Shown: positions 57,942-64,000 of the stretch, in pieces | Layout of the letters: each line of letters starts with the position of its first letter | Position numbering within the stretch: position 1 is the stretch's first letter | Assembly (NCBI RefSeq): GCF_009914755.1 | Contig: NC_060928.1 | DNA: 64,000 nucleotides | Source: the human T2T-CHM13v2.0 reference genome, Homo sapiens | Direction: 5' to 3' (one strand) | Notes under the pieces: model-generated | Database searches by the model: none | Seen by the model: only the letters and a program-made list of their open reading frames with translations | Told to the model about the DNA's origin: nothing | Program-made: the position numbers and the translations under genes

Positions 57942-58385
57942 TCCTTTTTTCTAGTTTAGAAAACAAAGTGTAGCTCACTACAGCACTCATTTAATTTTAC
58001 ATAAACAGGCTCTTTGAGGCTGAAGCAAATCGGACTGATTTTCAATGTGAAAATAAAATATAAAAACTGTCCTTGGAGTTATTTATAAACAGAACTTACA
58101 TCAGAATCATCTGAATCATCAAAATTGTCTATTTTAGAAAAATCAGATTTATCAAATGAATCTTCGGCCAACAACTGCTTGAGAACAATGTTAATATCAC
58201 AGGTTACATTTTCTAGAATTGGACATTTTCAGCAATTGGGAATTACTATATTTTGTAAATAGAAATACCACTATTAAAAAGAAAATGCTGTAAAAAGAAT
58301 GATGTCTTTGTTTCCAAAGTTGATACACTAGAGTGATACAAAAACAAAAACAAAAGCAAGATATTTTGTGGCAACGTTTCCTTGG
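57942..58385 (-). mobile_element. MER75 piggyBac-derived MITE with one end truncated
   Basis: TTAA at 57938-57941 followed by a TIR-like tccttttttctagtttag; body ctctttgaggctgaagcaaatc...tgaatcttcggccaacaactg...gtttccaaagttgatacactagag. Confidence 0.85.
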
Positions 58386-58737
58386 AAATTTTGTTCCCAG
58401 TTATTTTCCCACCAGAATATTTCAATCAATATCAAAAATCTATTCAAAACTTCTCCCTTACATTAATTGGCAGAGTAAATTTTTTCATCTTCTTTTACTC
58501 AATAATCTCATTATCTTATAGCTGCTTTCATAAAAGATTTTGTATACCTCTATTTGTCATCTAATCTGCCTTTACCTATAAAGGGAAAAAAGCACCAAAA
58601 ATCAGTTTTATATAATTACCTTACATAAAACTTTCTAAGCTAGATAATAACTATGCTGATTATTAGAGGCCAATTTAACACTGATAGATGGCAAGACTAA
58701 TATATAAAATACTAGTGATTACTTTAAAAACACTTTC

Positions 58738-59092
58738 AGGTTCATTTTCACACTGCTATAAAGATACTACCTGAGAATGTGCAATTTATAAAGAAAAGAA
58801 GTTTAACTGACTTACAGTTCTGCGTGGCTGAGAAGACCTCAGGAAACTTACAATCATGGCGGAAGGGGAAGCAGGCACATTTTACATGGTGGCAGGCGAG
58901 AGAGAGACAGCAAGGAAGTGCCACACTTAAAACCATCAGCTTGCAGGATAACTCCCTCACTATCACGAGAACAGCATGGGGGAACCACCCCCGTGATTCA
59001 ATCACCTCCCACCCACCAGGTCCCTCCCTTGACACATGGGGATTACAATTCAAGATGAGATTCGGGTGGGGACACAAAACCAAACCATATCA
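58738..59092 (-). mobile_element. THE1D-like MaLR solo LTR
   Basis: cacactgctataaagatactacctgaga...ggggacacaaaaccaaaccatatca. Confidence 0.9.
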
Positions 59093-59270
59093 ATTCATCT
59101 CAACAATCTTGGGGAACAGATACTATAATCTTTTTTTTTTTAAATAATGATACTTGAGATCAGAGAGGGTAATGACTAAATTTACACACCTGCTAAAAAT
59201 TAGCACAAGTACTAAACTGTTCATGGCTGATACAAAACATAATTTAGTAACCTCTATAATCTACCACACT
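59093..59270 (-). mobile_element. MIR fragment
   Basis: tcatctcaacaatc...gatacttgagatcagagagggtaatgact. Confidence 0.55.
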
Positions 59271-59608
59271 GATTTCCTTATGACACCCTGAAAACATACC
59301 CTTGGATACATATGTTTATCCTTTTTCTAAATAAAATTGACAAAAAAAGCTAAGAATCATCAATATCATTTTTTCTTATAAACTGAGAAATTAAAATGCA
59401 GCATGAAAGGAAATGTCACCATACAATTCTTGTCATATATACTGCACACATGTATACACACACATTTGAGAAACCTACTGAAATTACAGTTTTATTTTCA
59501 CTATTTCCTTGCATTTTATGAGGCAGGCATATATTTATAGTATGATAAAAACTCAAATGTATATATCTGTCCTGGAACTCTTTCCTGAACTCTGGATTTA
59601 CATTGTCA

Positions 59609-60013
<405 letters not shown>

Positions 60014-60245
60014 TCAGTTCATCCTCCCACTGCATTCTCTATTAACGGCATTTCCATTTCTTCAATAGCACATATCAAAGACCTCAGATATTTCATTCAC
60101 CCTTCTTTCAGTCTTTCACCAGATCTTGTGTCTTGTGAGTTTTACCTTCAAAATACATCACACATCTATGCTTCCTTCCATTGCTATGCTCTGATCTAAT
60201 CCACCATGTTATCTCATCTCCATTACTAGAACAGTCCTCTAACTT

Positions 60246-60774
<529 letters not shown>

Positions 60775-61254
60775 TCACTCCTGTGTGCACCACGAATTGG
60801 AGGACAATTTGGCACAATGTTTCAAAAGATTTAACCTTCCAATTGAATTCCCAGATTTTTATCTTATATATAATGATGCTCATCTCAAAGGTTTACAGAA
60901 AATATATGCAAATTTATGTACGGAAACAGAATAAATATCTGTTAGTAGAATTATAATATATCTACATGATGTAATAATGCATAGCCACTGAAATGCATGT
61001 TTCTATAGACTATTTAGCCAACTCGATAATTGCACATAACTTACTTTTAAAAGGGAACACTTTAGAATACATTATATACAATATGCTTTGTGTGTGTCTG
61101 TGTGTGTGTGTTTATATGTTCAGGTAGCAAATAAACCAAAATAGCAACTGTGATTTCTACCTGGTGGGAGAATCCTATATACGCTGCTTTTCTATCTTTT
61201 CTAAATTTGTATTCTTATAGTAACTGGTAACATTTTGCATGTTAACAACCAACT

Positions 61255-61445
61255 AGACATTATTAAATCTCACAATTTGATGAGATAGGTATTAATATTT
61301 TTTCCTTACTATAAGAGGTGTCTACAACTTGCAGAAGGTAGGTAACTTTTCCAAGAACATATAACTACAAAGTAGCAAAGCCAGCATTTATCCTAGGTCT
61401 AACTGATTCCCTTGTCCAGATACTTAATCACCATGTTATTCTGTT
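61255..61445 (-). mobile_element. MIR
   Basis: tgatgagataggtatt...ggtaacttttccaagaacata...cctaggtctaactgattcc. Confidence 0.7.
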
Positions 61446-61914
61446 ATGCATGAAGGAAAGGAAGAAGACAATGCACTGGCACTACAGAAGTCTTTAGAGT
61501 TAGCACAGAATAGATAGAGATTTAACCGGATTCCTTTAAAATAATGGAGAATTTTAGAATTCTATAGCTTAGAGGACATCATTTCTACTTGCTCCCACAT
61601 AGCCCCCTCAAAATGCAAAAGAATTTTGATTTGCAGCTACCTAAAATGAATGTTGCTACAATGCTACAAGATTTCAGACACTGAATTTATTTATCTATCT
61701 AGCTGACTTCCAGACAATAAACAGCAAAAGTCAAACAATAATATTTGCTATCTTATTTCTACTATTAAAAAAAAGTACCAACATTCCAAGACAATTCTGA
61801 GGCATTTCTACACATCTTTTGGAAGTTTTTTTTTTTTGTTTTTTTTTGTATTTTTTAAAAAAATATTTGCACAGCAAACAGCCCTGGAAGTTAGAGATTA
61901 TGCCTCTCAAATCA

Positions 61915-62223
<309 letters not shown>

Positions 62224-63538
62224 GAGCCTTCCTCCTGGGTAAAGAAAACATAGTTTTGTTAGAAGTGCGCTATAAAACTAAGGATTTTCTAAGCTCAAGG
62301 CTACTTACTTGGCTCTGACACAGACGTACTGTTTGCATGGCACCCACCTGTGCTGCTCTACATCACCCCCATGGAACAGGGAAGAAGAACTGATGCAATT
62401 TGAGCTCATTCACCAGCTGTCTCATAAATGATAAAGTAGTCAGGTAAAATCTCAAGACTGATGCCACTTCCTGACACCAGGATTAGAAATCATAGTGATA
62501 CTAATCATGGCTAAAAAGTAATTAGGAGACTTAGAATCGAGGTATTTATACCTCGATTATCTTAGAGTGGAACTATGAAAGAGTTCAACTCATCATAGAA
62601 CTATCCTACAAAAACATGGTGTTTACATCCAGATGGCTTATTTTCTTTCAGTAACTGTCTCATATAATTTCTTCATCTTTTCTACTTTTAGAGTTTCTCC
62701 AAAAGAATATATAATTAAGTCTGATTTGGCAGTCAACAACTCAAGTTTTTTAATAATCAAAGAATATTGAATTCTTCAAAATATGTAGTTATTGGGGGAG
62801 CATATTGATTTAGAGAACATTTTGTGATTTATAACACACAGAGTACAGTGAAAAGCTCTTTTAAAACTTTGCTTGAGGAAAGTTTACTTGAATGCATAAA
62901 AATTAGGTATCCTGAAGTTTTTTTTTAAAAAACAGTTACCAATGACCATTTCTCACGGTTTTAAACTACATGAAATGACCGATATTTGGGCATTTTTGAC
63001 CTGTAATGTTGTTTCATATGTGTCAACCCCAAACATAGGAATTGAGAAAGAAAATTAGGAGTCTAATATTTCTCATTCTAAGATGCCATGTTTAAACATA
63101 GAAAAAGCCCTCATACAGTCTGTGATGCTAACACACATGAAGGTAACAGTGATGCTTGGCTGGGCAACATTTGCATATGATTGAGAAGAATTCAAGTATA
63201 ATCAATCTTCTGGTCTAGTAGAGCTTTTACAATACTTTCCACAGGCTTCTTCCATTAACCTGAATTAGCCCTATTTCAGCCCATAAAAAAACAGTTCAAG
63301 TGCCTCATCAACCTTCTTTATTTCATATTTCTCTTTTTTGTTTTACTTTTTGTTTACACTCCCAAAGATAAAAATGATTTTTAAGGACATTTCATTCAAC
63401 CTCCTTTTCTAATGCAGGAATCATTTCTTCAACGTACAAAACAAACTATATCCAGAGTTGGTTTGAAAAAGTGCAGCAATAAAGAATTCATAATGTCCTG
63501 AAGAAGACATTGATCTGAAACAGTTCTAATTGTCAGAA

Positions 63539-64000
<462 letters not shown>

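Noticed and set aside
62300-62610. Minus-strand splice-donor words (caa|gtaagt at about 62305, cag|gtgggt at about 62345) with a possible acceptor near 62607
   Set aside because: No supporting reading frame, and such words are expected by chance in 64 kb.

Overview
AT-rich primate (probably human/hominoid) genomic DNA dominated by transposon relics. I see no credible protein-coding exon, RNA gene or CpG island. The long ORFs in the track are fragments of L1, Alu, MaLR or ERVL sequence. About 11.1-28.4 kb is a nested L1 stack: an ancient L1M interrupted by an L1PA 3' piece and by two fused L1MA-type elements that themselves carry Alus and a THE1 LTR. Next come an LTR33/ERVL provirus remnant, a full-length L1PA15/16-like element that splits a MER3, and a 5'-inverted L1PA with an unusual internal templated duplication. 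Further right are a complete MSTA MaLR provirus, LTR40, MLT1, a piggyBac MITE (MER75), nested L2/MER5/Alu, and a young L1PA2-like element running off the right edge. There are 13 Alus in total. I found no evidence of a new biological system. The notable signals are rearrangement scars: templated insertions, twin-priming inversions, microhomology fusions and palindromes. Subfamily names come from recalled consensus sequences and need RepeatMasker/Dfam confirmation; boundaries are approximate unless a TSD is given.
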